From Candidatus Parcubacteria bacterium (GTDB lineage: Bacteria; Patescibacteriota; Minisyncoccia; UBA6257; JAGOQP01): a DNA stretch of 36,252 nt. How positions within the stretch are numbered: the first letter of the stretch is position 1; every line of letters begins with the position of its first letter. A model generated the notes under the pieces. The model had not been told where the DNA came from. It saw only the letters and a list, made by a program, of their open reading frames with translations, and did no database searches. This document shows, piece by piece, positions 1-8,605 of this stretch. The position numbers and the translations under genes are program-made. The stretch is from the NCBI GenBank assembly GCA_025999395.1, contig AP024682.1, forward strand, positions 135,386 to 171,637, written 5' to 3'.

Positions 1-873
1 GATTTTTGAAGGGGTCTCTTCTTCTAGATTTATCCTTTTGATTAAGCTATTGAAATCATTTTCTTTGAAAAATTCCTCGATTTTAGAAAGCCGAGGAGCA
101 AAGGTAAGATCCTCTAATTTTATTTCTAAGGGAACGGCGGTGTTAATAGTGGCTAATTCTTTGGAAAGAAGAGCTATTTTCTTGTTGTTGGCTATTTTTT
201 CATAAACTTTTTCTTTCTTTCCTTTTTCTAAAAAATTTTCTAAAGTTTGATACTTTTTAAGAATTTCAGTAGCGCTTTTGGGGCCAATTCCGGAAACGCC
301 CGGGATATTATCGGAAGGATCTCCCACCAAAGCTTTATAATCGACTAATTGAGCGGGAGAAAGGCCATCATATCTTTCTTTTACTTTCTCTTCATTGTAG
401 GAAACGGTTTGAGAAATTCCTTTCTTAAAAGTTTCAACAATTACTTTTTGATTTTCTACTAATTGGAGAGTATCTAAATCTCCAGTGAGAATAATTACCT
501 GGACTTCGTTTTTAAATTTTTGGCTCAAAGTGCCGATTAAATCATCAGCTTCGTAACCAATCAATTCTAAGGTTTTAATGGAGAAACTTTCAAAAAGTTG
601 ATGAGCTTTATTGATTTGAAGTACTAATTCGTTGGGGGTGGGGGGGCGATGAATTTTGTATTCAGCAAATTTTTGCTTTCTTAGGGTGGGTTCGGGGCGA
701 TCAAAAAGAGCTGCCGCAAAATCAGGTTTTTTAGTTTGAAGGATTTTTAGAAGAATGGTGGAAACTCCGTAAAGAGCACCGGTGGGCTCTCCTTTTTTAT
801 TGGTTAAGGGAGGAAGCGCATGAAAACAGCGATGAATAAGAGAGTTGGCATCAATCAAGAGAAGTTTTTTCAT
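1..873 (-). CDS. polA: DNA polymerase I, N-terminal 5'-3' exonuclease (FEN) domain; partial, continues past the window start
   Basis: The minus-strand frame is open from ATG at 873-871 down to base 1 (291 codons). It is absent from the ORF track because it runs off the window. My translation is MKKLLLIDANSLIHRCFHALPPLTNKKGEPTGALYGV...LIGYEADDLIGTL...LVGDPSDNIPGVSGIGPKSATEIL...DFNSLIKRI. This is the classic 5'-3' exonuclease N-domain plus H3TH motif. I cannot tell whether a polymerase domain follows. Confidence 0.85.
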   Translation of the reverse strand, partial: MKKLLLIDANSLIHRCFHALPPLTNKKGEPTGALYGVSTILLKILQTKKPDFAAALFDRPEPTLRKQKFAEYKIHRPPTPNELVLQINKAHQLFESFSIKTLELIGYEADDLIGTLSQKFKNEVQVIILTGDLDTLQLVENQKVIVETFKKGISQTVSYNEEKVKERYDGLSPAQLVDYKALVGDPSDNIPGVSGIGPKSATEILKKYQTLENFLEKGKKEKVYEKIANNKKIALLSKELATINTAVPLEIKLEDLTFAPRLSKIEEFFKENDFNSLIKRINLEEETPSKI

Positions 874-914
874 CTCTTTATTTTAGCATATTTTAAGATC
901 TGGTTTGTAAAAAT

Positions 915-938
915 TAAGAGATCTTGTAAGAGATCTTG
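915..938. repeat. Perfect tandem 12-bp direct repeat (taagagatcttg x2), each unit containing an agatct palindrome; a related taagatct lies at 894-901
   Basis: Read directly from the sequence. It lies in the divergent intergenic region between the polA start (873) and the ORF starting at 1073. Confidence 0.8.
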
Positions 939-1072
939 CTTTGTTTATTTTTTCTTTTTTTTGAGGTATACTTTATTAAAATCTCGGGCAAGAAAATTTA
1001 TTCTTTCTTTTTATTTTTTTAAAAAAAGGTTAAGATATTATAAAGGGTTTTTTAATATTAATTTACAAAAAT

Positions 1073-2284
1073 ATGGAATACACCAATCCTTCTCAAATTA
1101 ATCCTCAAGATCCCAATTCTGCTTCTCAGCCAACGGGGAGTGTTCCACCGCCTCCACCTCAGCAACAACAGGTGGGCATTCGAAGTATGGAATCGGATTT
1201 AAGTTCAATTCAAGAAAGTGGTGGAGAGGCTCCTCAATCACAAATAGTAAGTGCACCTGAACTTTCAGCTTTAAGAGAGGCTCCTTCTAGCCAGCCTTCA
1301 TTTACTCCGCCTTCAGCATCTTCACCAACGCCGGAAAATTTGTCTCAGCCGACTCAACCAACCGAACCCAGCTCTTTTCAATCAGCTCCATCATCAGCGC
1401 CGGAAGCTACTCCTCGCTCTTTTAGTTTAAAATCTCTTTTAACAATTATCGGAATATTAGTTTTAGTGGGAGCGGTTGGTTTTGGAGCTTATTATTTGAC
1501 TACTTATCTTAAGCAAAAACCCCCGGTGAATGTGAGTGAAGAAACTCAAAATCAACTTCCCGTGGCTTTGCCCGAAACTCCTCCTCAAGAACCGACGCCT
1601 CCCGCAGAGGAACAGCCAGCGGCAGTCGAGGAAGCTCCTTTGGTTCATCAATCGCTCATTGTTTCTCCTACTAAAGCAGGGGTTTCTACGGTAGATGGTT
1701 CTTTGGATTCTTTTAAAAAAGCAATTAAGGATGCTTCTTTAGAAAAATTGGTGGTCGGTAGCACTAAAGATTTGAGCTTTGTTGATTCTTCCGGGAAATT
1801 AATAGAATCCTCCCAGTTTTTATCGGCTTTTTGGCCAAATATTGGCTCGGCTCTTGCTCCTTTAGTAGAAAGAGATTTCACCTCTTGGCTTTATTATGAC
1901 AAAGTAGGAGGAGCAAAATTTGGATTAGTCTTCACCTTAAAGGATTCTCCTTCTTTGGTGGAAACTCTTAAATCTTTGGTAAATGTTGTAGAGAAAAATG
2001 TTCCTGAGGTTGCTAATCTTTTTGTGGCTCAGGTTTCTTCTCCTGCTAAAGTTGAGTTTAAAGATGGGCAGATAGAGGGAGTAGCGGTAAGATTTTTACC
2101 TTTTGATGTAAAAAGCAGCAATGTTTTTGAATACGGCTGGTATCAGGTTGGTGATCGTTATTATCTGATTTTTGCCACCTCTTATAATCAAATGGTAGAT
2201 ATCATAAAAAGGATAAAGACTTTGCCCTCTTCTCAGGGGGTTGTTCCTCCATCGGCTACTTCTTCGACTTCTACTAATCCTTAA
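1073..2284 (+). CDS. Hypothetical membrane-anchored protein with a Pro/Ser/Gln-rich disordered N-terminus, one TM helix and a C-terminal globular domain
   Basis: 403-aa ORF with an ATG start. It has a low-complexity head (PPPPPQQQQ, repeated S/P/T runs), a hydrophobic segment LLTIIGILVLVGAVGFGAYYLTTYL, then about 200 aa of normal composition. I recognise no family. Confidence 0.6.
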   Translation: MEYTNPSQINPQDPNSASQPTGSVPPPPPQQQQVGIRSMESDLSSIQESGGEAPQSQIVSAPELSALREAPSSQPSFTPPSASSPTPENLSQPTQPTEPSSFQSAPSSAPEATPRSFSLKSLLTIIGILVLVGAVGFGAYYLTTYLKQKPPVNVSEETQNQLPVALPETPPQEPTPPAEEQPAAVEEAPLVHQSLIVSPTKAGVSTVDGSLDSFKKAIKDASLEKLVVGSTKDLSFVDSSGKLIESSQFLSAFWPNIGSALAPLVERDFTSWLYYDKVGGAKFGLVFTLKDSPSLVETLKSLVNVVEKNVPEVANLFVAQVSSPAKVEFKDGQIEGVAVRFLPFDVKSSNVFEYGWYQVGDRYYLIFATSYNQMVDIIKRIKTLPSSQGVVPPSATSSTSTNP

Positions 2285-2295
2285 GATTTTAATTT

Positions 2296-2628
2296 ATGGC
2301 CTTACTGGATAATTTAAAAAAATACAAATCACTTCTTTTAGAGGAGAGAGAAAAGGTTTTGGCGGAGATTAAAGAAGCTGAAACTCCTGTTGATATGGGA
2401 GATGAGCCAGGGACCGACGATGAAACTGAAGAAGCGGAAGAGTATTTTAACAAAGCTTCGACTCTTGCTTCTTTAAAGACCAAGTTGGGCAATATTGAAT
2501 CTGCTTTGATTAAGATAGAAAAGGGAACTTATGGGATCTGTGAAGATTGTGGTAAAGAAATCGAAGAAGAGGTTTTAGAAATGACTCCCGAAGCTCGCTA
2601 CTGTAAAGAGTGCAACAAGAAAAGATAG
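2296..2628 (+). CDS. DksA/TraR-family C4-type zinc-finger protein
   Basis: 110 aa with an acidic coiled-coil N-terminal half. The C-terminal sequence GTYGICEDCGKEIEEEVLEMTPEARYCKECNKK carries the CxxC-x17-CxxC pattern typical of the DksA/TraR family. Confidence 0.75.
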   Translation: MALLDNLKKYKSLLLEEREKVLAEIKEAETPVDMGDEPGTDDETEEAEEYFNKASTLASLKTKLGNIESALIKIEKGTYGICEDCGKEIEEEVLEMTPEARYCKECNKKR

Positions 2629-2687
2629 ATTTTGAATTTATCACTTCACCAGGAAGTTTAAGGAGGCTAAAATTAAAATTTTCGGGC

Positions 2688-4223
2688 GTGGCACAAGGAG
2701 TTTCTAAAATTTTTTGTGCGGAAGTAGAAGGCATTACTCCTTACGTGGTAGAGGTAGAAACCGATATTCATATCGGGCTTTCTTCTTTTAATATTGTGGG
2801 TTTAGCTGATAAAGCGGTTTCGGAGGCTCGAGAAAGAGTTTCTTCAGCCTTAAAAAACTCAAAGATTAAACCTCCCACTCGAGAAAACCGAAAGGTAACA
2901 GTGAATTTGGCCCCCGCTGATCTAAAAAAGAACGGCTCTCAATATGATTTGGCAATTGCTTTGGGTTATCTTTTAGCTTCTCAGCAAATCAAATCTTTTG
3001 ATACCAAAAGAAAAATTTTTTTGGGAGAACTTTCTTTAAATGGAGAATTGCGTCCGGTACGAGGGGTTTTTAATATTTGTCAGATGGCCAAAGAGAAGGG
3101 TTTCGAAAGCGTCTTTGTTCCTTGGCAAAATGCCAAAGAAGCCGCTTTTGTTAAGGGAATAAATATTTATCCAGTTTTTTCTCTGGTTCAATTAATTAAT
3201 CACTTAGAGGAAAAGGAACTAATTCAACCCCTTGAGACTCAAGAATTTTTTCCTGAAAGATTTAAGCAGGTTGATTTTTCAGAAATTAAAGGACAGGAGG
3301 TAGCTAAAAGAGCGCTCTCAATTGCAGCCGCTGGAGGCCACAATCTTTTTATGTCGGGGCCGCCGGGAGCCGGAAAAACAATGTTGGCTCAATCTTTGAT
3401 TTCTATTTTGCCCAATCTTTCTTTTGAAGAGGCTTTAGAAATAACTCAGATTTACAGCGCGGCCGGATTGTTGACAGAAAAACCTTTTGTGAGCTGGCGC
3501 CCCTTTCGTGCTCCTCATCACTCTGCTTCTCTGGTAGCTTTAATTGGTGGTGGGCAAACTCCTCGTCCCGGTGAAGTAAGCTTGGCTCACCGAGGAGTAC
3601 TTTTTTTAGATGAAATCCCAGAATTTCATCGCGATGTTTTGGAATCTTTGAGACAACCCTTGGAAGATGGTAAGGTGACCATTAGTCGCTCTCGCGGAAC
3701 TCTGACTCTGCCTTCAAAGTTTATGTTGGTGGCAGCTGCTAATCCTTGTCCTTGCGGATATGCGGGGGATAGCCGGCGAGAGTGTCGCTGCTCTCCTTAT
3801 CAAGTGATTAAATATCAAAGAAAAATCTCTGGTCCGTTGATGGATCGCATCGATATTCATATTTGGGTAAACAATTTGGAAATTTCTGATTTTAAAAAGG
3901 AAGCTGATTTTGAGGAAACTGAAAAAATTTTTCAAAAAGTTAATCGGGCACGAGAAATTCAGCGTCAACGGATGAAAAAAATGAATCTTAATATCTTTAC
4001 TAATAGCGAGCTTTCCTCCAAACAAATTGAAAATTGTGTTAATTTAGATAAAGGAGCTCAAGTTCTTTTAGAAAAAGCCATGGAAAGGAACTTTCTTTCG
4101 GCTCGAGGTTACTTTAAAGTTTTAAAGGTAGCTCGTACTATCGCTGATATGGAAGAAAGTGAAGAGGTAAAAGCTGATTTTTTAAGCGAAGCTCTTTCTT
4201 ATAGGGAAAAAGTTAACCAGTAG
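2688..4223 (+). CDS. comM: YifB/ComM-family Mg-chelatase-like AAA+ ATPase
   Basis: The N-terminal domain reads KIFCAEVEGITPYVVEVETDI..IVGLADKAVSEARERVSSALKNS. Walker A is GPPGAGKTMLA and Walker B is VLFLDEIPEF. A Cys cluster CPCGYAGDSRRECRCS is present. The track ORF begins at GTG 2610 and overlaps the upstream gene by 19 nt. The in-frame GTG at 2688 gives an N-terminus of canonical length and follows aggagg at 2661-2666, so I prefer it. The start remains uncertain. Confidence 0.9.
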   Translation: MAQGVSKIFCAEVEGITPYVVEVETDIHIGLSSFNIVGLADKAVSEARERVSSALKNSKIKPPTRENRKVTVNLAPADLKKNGSQYDLAIALGYLLASQQIKSFDTKRKIFLGELSLNGELRPVRGVFNICQMAKEKGFESVFVPWQNAKEAAFVKGINIYPVFSLVQLINHLEEKELIQPLETQEFFPERFKQVDFSEIKGQEVAKRALSIAAAGGHNLFMSGPPGAGKTMLAQSLISILPNLSFEEALEITQIYSAAGLLTEKPFVSWRPFRAPHHSASLVALIGGGQTPRPGEVSLAHRGVLFLDEIPEFHRDVLESLRQPLEDGKVTISRSRGTLTLPSKFMLVAAANPCPCGYAGDSRRECRCSPYQVIKYQRKISGPLMDRIDIHIWVNNLEISDFKKEADFEETEKIFQKVNRAREIQRQRMKKMNLNIFTNSELSSKQIENCVNLDKGAQVLLEKAMERNFLSARGYFKVLKVARTIADMEESEEVKADFLSEALSYREKVNQ

Positions 4224-4232
4224 AAATTTATT

Positions 4233-5852
4233 ATGTTTTCCTTTTTAGATAAGTTTTTTCTCAAAATAGAGAAGATAAAAATCGATTTAGGAACGGGAAT
4301 CGCCTTCTTTTTTATTATCGTTTTTTTCAGGTTTTTGTTAGAGAGTTTGTTGGCTTTGGGGCCAGCTAATGGTTTTTTGCCTATTTCTTCTTTACTTCAT
4401 TACTTTTTCTGGTATGGAGTCTCTTTTTTGTTTTCTTCTTTAATAGTTAGCTGGTTTTCTCAAAGACCGATTGATTTTGTCTTAAAACTAATTCTTATTT
4501 TTTATCCCTTTATTCTTTTTCCTCTTCTTTTTCCTCTTATTTTGGGAGAGTCCGTAAAGCTTTCTGTTAGTTATTTGTACGCGAGTGATTTTAAGACCAT
4601 TTTTAATACTTTCTTGAATTTTTTTGAAAATTCTAATTTTAGCCTTTCTTTGCGTTTGCAGATTTTCCTTTCTCTTTTAGCTTTGGTGATTTTTGTTTAT
4701 TGGTCAACTAAAAAATGGTGGCGAGCTTTAATGGCAGCGGTTATTTCTTACTTTCTTTTGATTTTAGCTGGGAGCTTGCCAAGTTTTTTAATTATTTTTC
4801 AAAATCCTCAAAAACTTTATCCTCTGCCTTCTCTTTTAGATCTCTTTTTTCATCATCAAAAAGAGATTTTAATAGCTAAGGGGTATTTTAGTTATCTTTC
4901 TAGTTATAATTTTAATGTTTGGCTGGATTTAGTCTTGGCTTCTTTGCTTTTTCCTTTATTAATTTTGGCTTTAGGCTTAGTTGTTTCTTTCTGGAAAAAA
5001 GATTTGGTTGGCGTAATTTTTAAAAATTTGCGACTTCGTAAGGGTTTCGATTTCTTTCTAACCGCTCTTTTAGGGGGAGGAGTAGGAATTTATCTTTTTA
5101 GTTGGTATCCTTCTTTTTCTTTCATAAACCTTATTGCTTTGATTAATCTTTTTTTGATAGCAATTCTTTTTTATGGAGCAACAGCCTTCTTTGATGATAT
5201 TTTTGATAAGGAAGTAGATATCCTGGCTCATCCTTCAAGACCATTGGTGAGCGGAAAAATAAGCGAAAAAAGTTCTTTAGGAATAGCCGCTAGTTTAGCA
5301 GTTTTGTCTTTGATGGGAGCGATGAGTTTGAGTTTTCATTTGTTTCTTTTTGTTTTAGCTTCTTTGTTTTTAGCTTTTCTTTATTCAGCTCCTCCTTTTC
5401 GTTTAAAAAGATTCTTTTTGATAAATACTTTCTTGGTGGTCTTGGCCTTTCTCTTTTTCGCTTGGGGAGGGTTTTTTTGGATCTTTCCGGAAAAAAATAT
5501 TTTGGATATCCCCTCGGGTTTTATTGGTTTTTATCTTTTAGTAATGATGATTTTGGTTTCTTTGAAAGATTTATCTGATTTTCAGGGAGATCAGGCAGGA
5601 GTTATAAAAACCTTACCGGTAGTAGCGGGACTTCAAACAGCTAAGTTGATTTCAGGTGGCGCTTTAGGATTATTAGTTTTTCTTTCGTTCCTATTTTTAT
5701 CCGGGAATGATTTCTTTTTAAAAATTTGGGGTTTGATTTTTGGTGGTTCTCTTTTCGGGTTAACGGTTAGAAAAGATTTTTCCGAAAAAGTTCTTTATAA
5801 GACGGCAGTTTTCTTTTTGGGAGCAGTGATTTTTTATCTTATAATAAGGTAG
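4233..5852 (+). CDS. UbiA-family prenyltransferase fused to an N-terminal polytopic membrane extension of about 255 aa
   Basis: The 539-aa protein is hydrophobic throughout. The first Asp-rich motif is FFDDIFDKEVDILAHPSRPLVSGKIS (DDxxDxxxD) at about aa 319-344. The second motif is KDLSDFQGDQAGVIKTLPV. The region upstream of about aa 260 has no counterpart in ordinary UbiA enzymes. Confidence 0.8.
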   Translation: MFSFLDKFFLKIEKIKIDLGTGIAFFFIIVFFRFLLESLLALGPANGFLPISSLLHYFFWYGVSFLFSSLIVSWFSQRPIDFVLKLILIFYPFILFPLLFPLILGESVKLSVSYLYASDFKTIFNTFLNFFENSNFSLSLRLQIFLSLLALVIFVYWSTKKWWRALMAAVISYFLLILAGSLPSFLIIFQNPQKLYPLPSLLDLFFHHQKEILIAKGYFSYLSSYNFNVWLDLVLASLLFPLLILALGLVVSFWKKDLVGVIFKNLRLRKGFDFFLTALLGGGVGIYLFSWYPSFSFINLIALINLFLIAILFYGATAFFDDIFDKEVDILAHPSRPLVSGKISEKSSLGIAASLAVLSLMGAMSLSFHLFLFVLASLFLAFLYSAPPFRLKRFFLINTFLVVLAFLFFAWGGFFWIFPEKNILDIPSGFIGFYLLVMMILVSLKDLSDFQGDQAGVIKTLPVVAGLQTAKLISGGALGLLVFLSFLFLSGNDFFLKIWGLIFGGSLFGLTVRKDFSEKVLYKTAVFFLGAVIFYLIIR

Positions 5853-5915
5853 GATAGTTTTTCTTTTTGGTGTTTTTGTTTCCTTTACTAAGTAAGGATT
5901 CTTGTTGCCTGAAAA

Positions 5916-7709
5916 ATGTTTCGAGATTTAAATGAAAAACAAAAGGAGGCGGTTTTTTGGGAGGGGGGGCCGCTTTTGATTGTTGCCGGCGCCGGCTCGG
6001 GAAAAACCAAAACTCTAACAGCGCGGTTAGCTTTTTTGATTACCCAAAAAGGAGTTGATCCTCAAAAAATTTTAGCTATTACTTTTACTAACAAAGCGGC
6101 CGAAGAGATGAAATCAAGAGTTAAAAACTTTATCAGTAAAGAAAAATTAAAAATTAACCACTTTCCTTTTGTTGGAACCTTTCATTCCTTGGGGGCTAAG
6201 ATCTTAAGAGAAGAGGCCAAACTTTTAAAAAGAACTCCCAATTTTTCTATTTTTGACGATGATGATTCTCTGCGACTGATTAAAAAAATTGTTAAGGAGA
6301 AGAGTTTATCCTCTTTTTATCCGGCTACTTTAATGAAAAAATTTTCCTGGATTAAGAATGAGCTAGTGGAAGAAAAAAGATTTTTTGAAGAATCAGAAGA
6401 AGAAAAAAAGGATTTAATTTGGGAAATATTTCAGGATTACGAATTAGCTTTGGAAAGAAACAATGCCTTTGATTTTGATGATTTAATCCAAAAAGTAGTT
6501 TGGCTTTTTAAAAATAGCGAGGAAATTAGAAAAAAGCATCAAAAACGCTACCATTATATTTTGGTTGATGAGTATCAGGATATTAACTCGGCTCAGTATT
6601 GGTTATTGCGTCTTTTGGTGGGAGAGAAAGGAAATTTAAATGTGGTGGGAGACGATGCTCAATCGATTTATTCCTTTCGTTTTTCTGATTTTCGCAATTT
6701 TCTAAACTTTGAGCATGATTGGCCTCAAGCCAAGGTGGTTTTTTTGGAACAAAATTATCGCTCAACAAAAAATATCATCGAATCTTCTTCGGTCTTAATT
6801 TCTAAAAACACTTTAGGCAAGAAAAAAAATCTTTGGACGGAAAATGAAGAAGGTTCCTTAATAAAAGTAGTGGAACACCAAGACGAATTTGAAGAGGCGA
6901 ATTTTATTGTTGAACAAGCTAGTTACTTCGCTAATCAAGGCAAAAGTGTGGGCATTCTTTTTCGAACCAATGCTCAAAGCCGTCCTTTGGAGCAACTTTT
7001 TTTGGAGGCGGGCAAAGATTATAATCTTTTCGGAGCTTTTTCTTTTTATGAAAGAAAGGAAATAAAAGATGTTGTTGCTGGCTTGCGGTTAGCTTTTAAC
7101 CCTAATGATGAGATAAGTAAAGAAAGATTAAAAACTAATTTTTCTCAGAAAATTACTCTTCTTTGGAGAGAAACTTTTTCTTCTTTTAAAAAAGAAGCGT
7201 CTCCTCTTCAATTAATTGAGGCTTTCTTGGAGATTACCAATTACTTAGAAAGGTTAAAAAAAGATTATTCTAACTATCAAGAGCGCTGGGAAAACATTCA
7301 GGAATTAATTTACTTTGCTTCTCAATTTGAATCTTTGGCTGATTTTTTGGAAAAAGTTTCTTTGGTAAGTCCGCTTGATCTTACTTGGCAAAGAAGAAAA
7401 AGAAAAACAAAAAATCCCTTAGTTCCTAGTTTAATGACTATTCATTTAGCTAAGGGATTGGAGTTTGATGTGGTTTTGGTGGCAGGAGTAAATGAAGGAA
7501 TTCTTCCTCATCAAAGATCACTTTTTTCTTTACCGGATCTAGAAGAGGAAAGGCGTTTAATGTATGTTGCAATGACTCGAGCTCGAAAAGAACTTTTTTT
7601 AAATTTTTATGGCACCCCTTCCCGGTTTCTTTATGAAATTCCTCCCGAAAAGGTGGAGTTTTGGGGAAGGAATTTGGAAGACGAGGAGGGCTGGATTGAT
7701 TATAATTGA
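5916..7709 (+). CDS. uvrD: UvrD/PcrA/Rep-family ATP-dependent DNA helicase (short form, 597 aa)
   Basis: LNEKQKEAV...LIVAGAGSGKTKTLTARLAFLI gives motifs Q and I. YILVDEYQDIN is motif II. The sequences NYRSTKNII, MTIHLAKGLEFDVV and MYVAMTRARKEL are the remaining family motifs. Confidence 0.9.
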   Translation: MFRDLNEKQKEAVFWEGGPLLIVAGAGSGKTKTLTARLAFLITQKGVDPQKILAITFTNKAAEEMKSRVKNFISKEKLKINHFPFVGTFHSLGAKILREEAKLLKRTPNFSIFDDDDSLRLIKKIVKEKSLSSFYPATLMKKFSWIKNELVEEKRFFEESEEEKKDLIWEIFQDYELALERNNAFDFDDLIQKVVWLFKNSEEIRKKHQKRYHYILVDEYQDINSAQYWLLRLLVGEKGNLNVVGDDAQSIYSFRFSDFRNFLNFEHDWPQAKVVFLEQNYRSTKNIIESSSVLISKNTLGKKKNLWTENEEGSLIKVVEHQDEFEEANFIVEQASYFANQGKSVGILFRTNAQSRPLEQLFLEAGKDYNLFGAFSFYERKEIKDVVAGLRLAFNPNDEISKERLKTNFSQKITLLWRETFSSFKKEASPLQLIEAFLEITNYLERLKKDYSNYQERWENIQELIYFASQFESLADFLEKVSLVSPLDLTWQRRKRKTKNPLVPSLMTIHLAKGLEFDVVLVAGVNEGILPHQRSLFSLPDLEEERRLMYVAMTRARKELFLNFYGTPSRFLYEIPPEKVEFWGRNLEDEEGWIDYN

Positions 7710-7724
7710 AGATAACTTCTTATT

Positions 7725-8528
7725 ATGGGGCGAAAATTAGGTCAGCATTTTTTAAAAGATAAAAACGTTTTAAGAAAGATTGTTTCGGTTTTGGATTTAA
7801 AGGATGGTGATATTGTTTTAGAAATTGGAGCGGGCCATGGGGAGTTAACTAAAGAAATTCTTGCTGCCGGAAAAAAAATAAAATTAATTGCGGTAGAAAA
7901 AGATAAAAAGCTGATAGAGTGTTTAAGGAAAGATTTTCCTTCCGCTTCTTTCCCCAATCTTTTAATTCTTGAGGAAGACATTCTTAAAATTATTTCCTCT
8001 CAAGACTTCTTTATACAAGAGAAAATTAATAAGGTTGTAGGTAATATCCCCTATTATCTCACCGGCTATCTTCTAAGAAAGATAAGCGAGCTTGAAAGGA
8101 AGCCTTCTTTGATAGTTTTTCTTCTCCAGAAAGAGGTGGCTTTGCGAATTTGCGCTCAACTCCCAAAGATGAATCTTTTGGCGGCAAGTATTCAGTTTTG
8201 GGCGGATCCTCGAATTTTGTTTTTGGTTAAAAGAGGAAGTTTTTCTCCTCTTCCTCAAGTGGAGTCGGCGGTAATTTCTTTGAAAACTAAAAAATTAGCT
8301 CTAAATAGAAAAAGTTTCTTGAAAGCAAAAGAGTTTTTTAATTTTATTAGAGTTCTTTTCAAGCAACCTCGCAAAACTATCGTTAATAATCTAATGGCGG
8401 GTGGGTATCCGAGAGAAAAAATCCTTTCCTCGCTTTCTTCTTTAGGATTAAAGGAAAATCTTCGTCCTCAGCAATTGTCTTTAAATTTAATTTTGGATTT
8501 ATTGAAGAGAATTTCCGAAGAAAATTAA
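7725..8528 (+). CDS. rsmA: 16S rRNA (adenine1518/1519-N6)-dimethyltransferase RsmA/KsgA
   Basis: The N-terminus is GQHFLKDKNVLRKIV...VLEIGAGHGELTKEIL (SAM-binding motif), followed by VGNIPYYLT. The length (267 aa) fits the family. Confidence 0.92.
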   Translation: MGRKLGQHFLKDKNVLRKIVSVLDLKDGDIVLEIGAGHGELTKEILAAGKKIKLIAVEKDKKLIECLRKDFPSASFPNLLILEEDILKIISSQDFFIQEKINKVVGNIPYYLTGYLLRKISELERKPSLIVFLLQKEVALRICAQLPKMNLLAASIQFWADPRILFLVKRGSFSPLPQVESAVISLKTKKLALNRKSFLKAKEFFNFIRVLFKQPRKTIVNNLMAGGYPREKILSSLSSLGLKENLRPQQLSLNLILDLLKRISEEN

Positions 8529-8569
8529 TAAGTTTCTGGCAACTTTTTCTTTTTTTTAAGAAAAGTAAG

Positions 8570-8578
8570 TGATATAAT
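8570..8578 (+). promoter_or_regulatory. Candidate extended -10 promoter element (TGaTATAAT) in front of the T4SS-like gene block
   Basis: tgatataat at 8570-8578 lies 28 nt upstream of ATG 8606, in the only sizeable gap (77 nt) between rsmA and the block. No good -35 element is present. This is a pattern match only. Confidence 0.4.
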
Positions 8579-8605
8579 TTATTGAAGTTAAAAACTTCTT
8601 AGAAG

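Noticed and set aside
820-1101. 93-aa plus-strand ORF in the supplied track
   Set aside because: It lies in the divergent promoter region, overlaps the polA start on one side and the ATG of the 1073 ORF on the other, and translates to poly-F/K low-complexity sequence derived from T-runs. I judge it non-coding.
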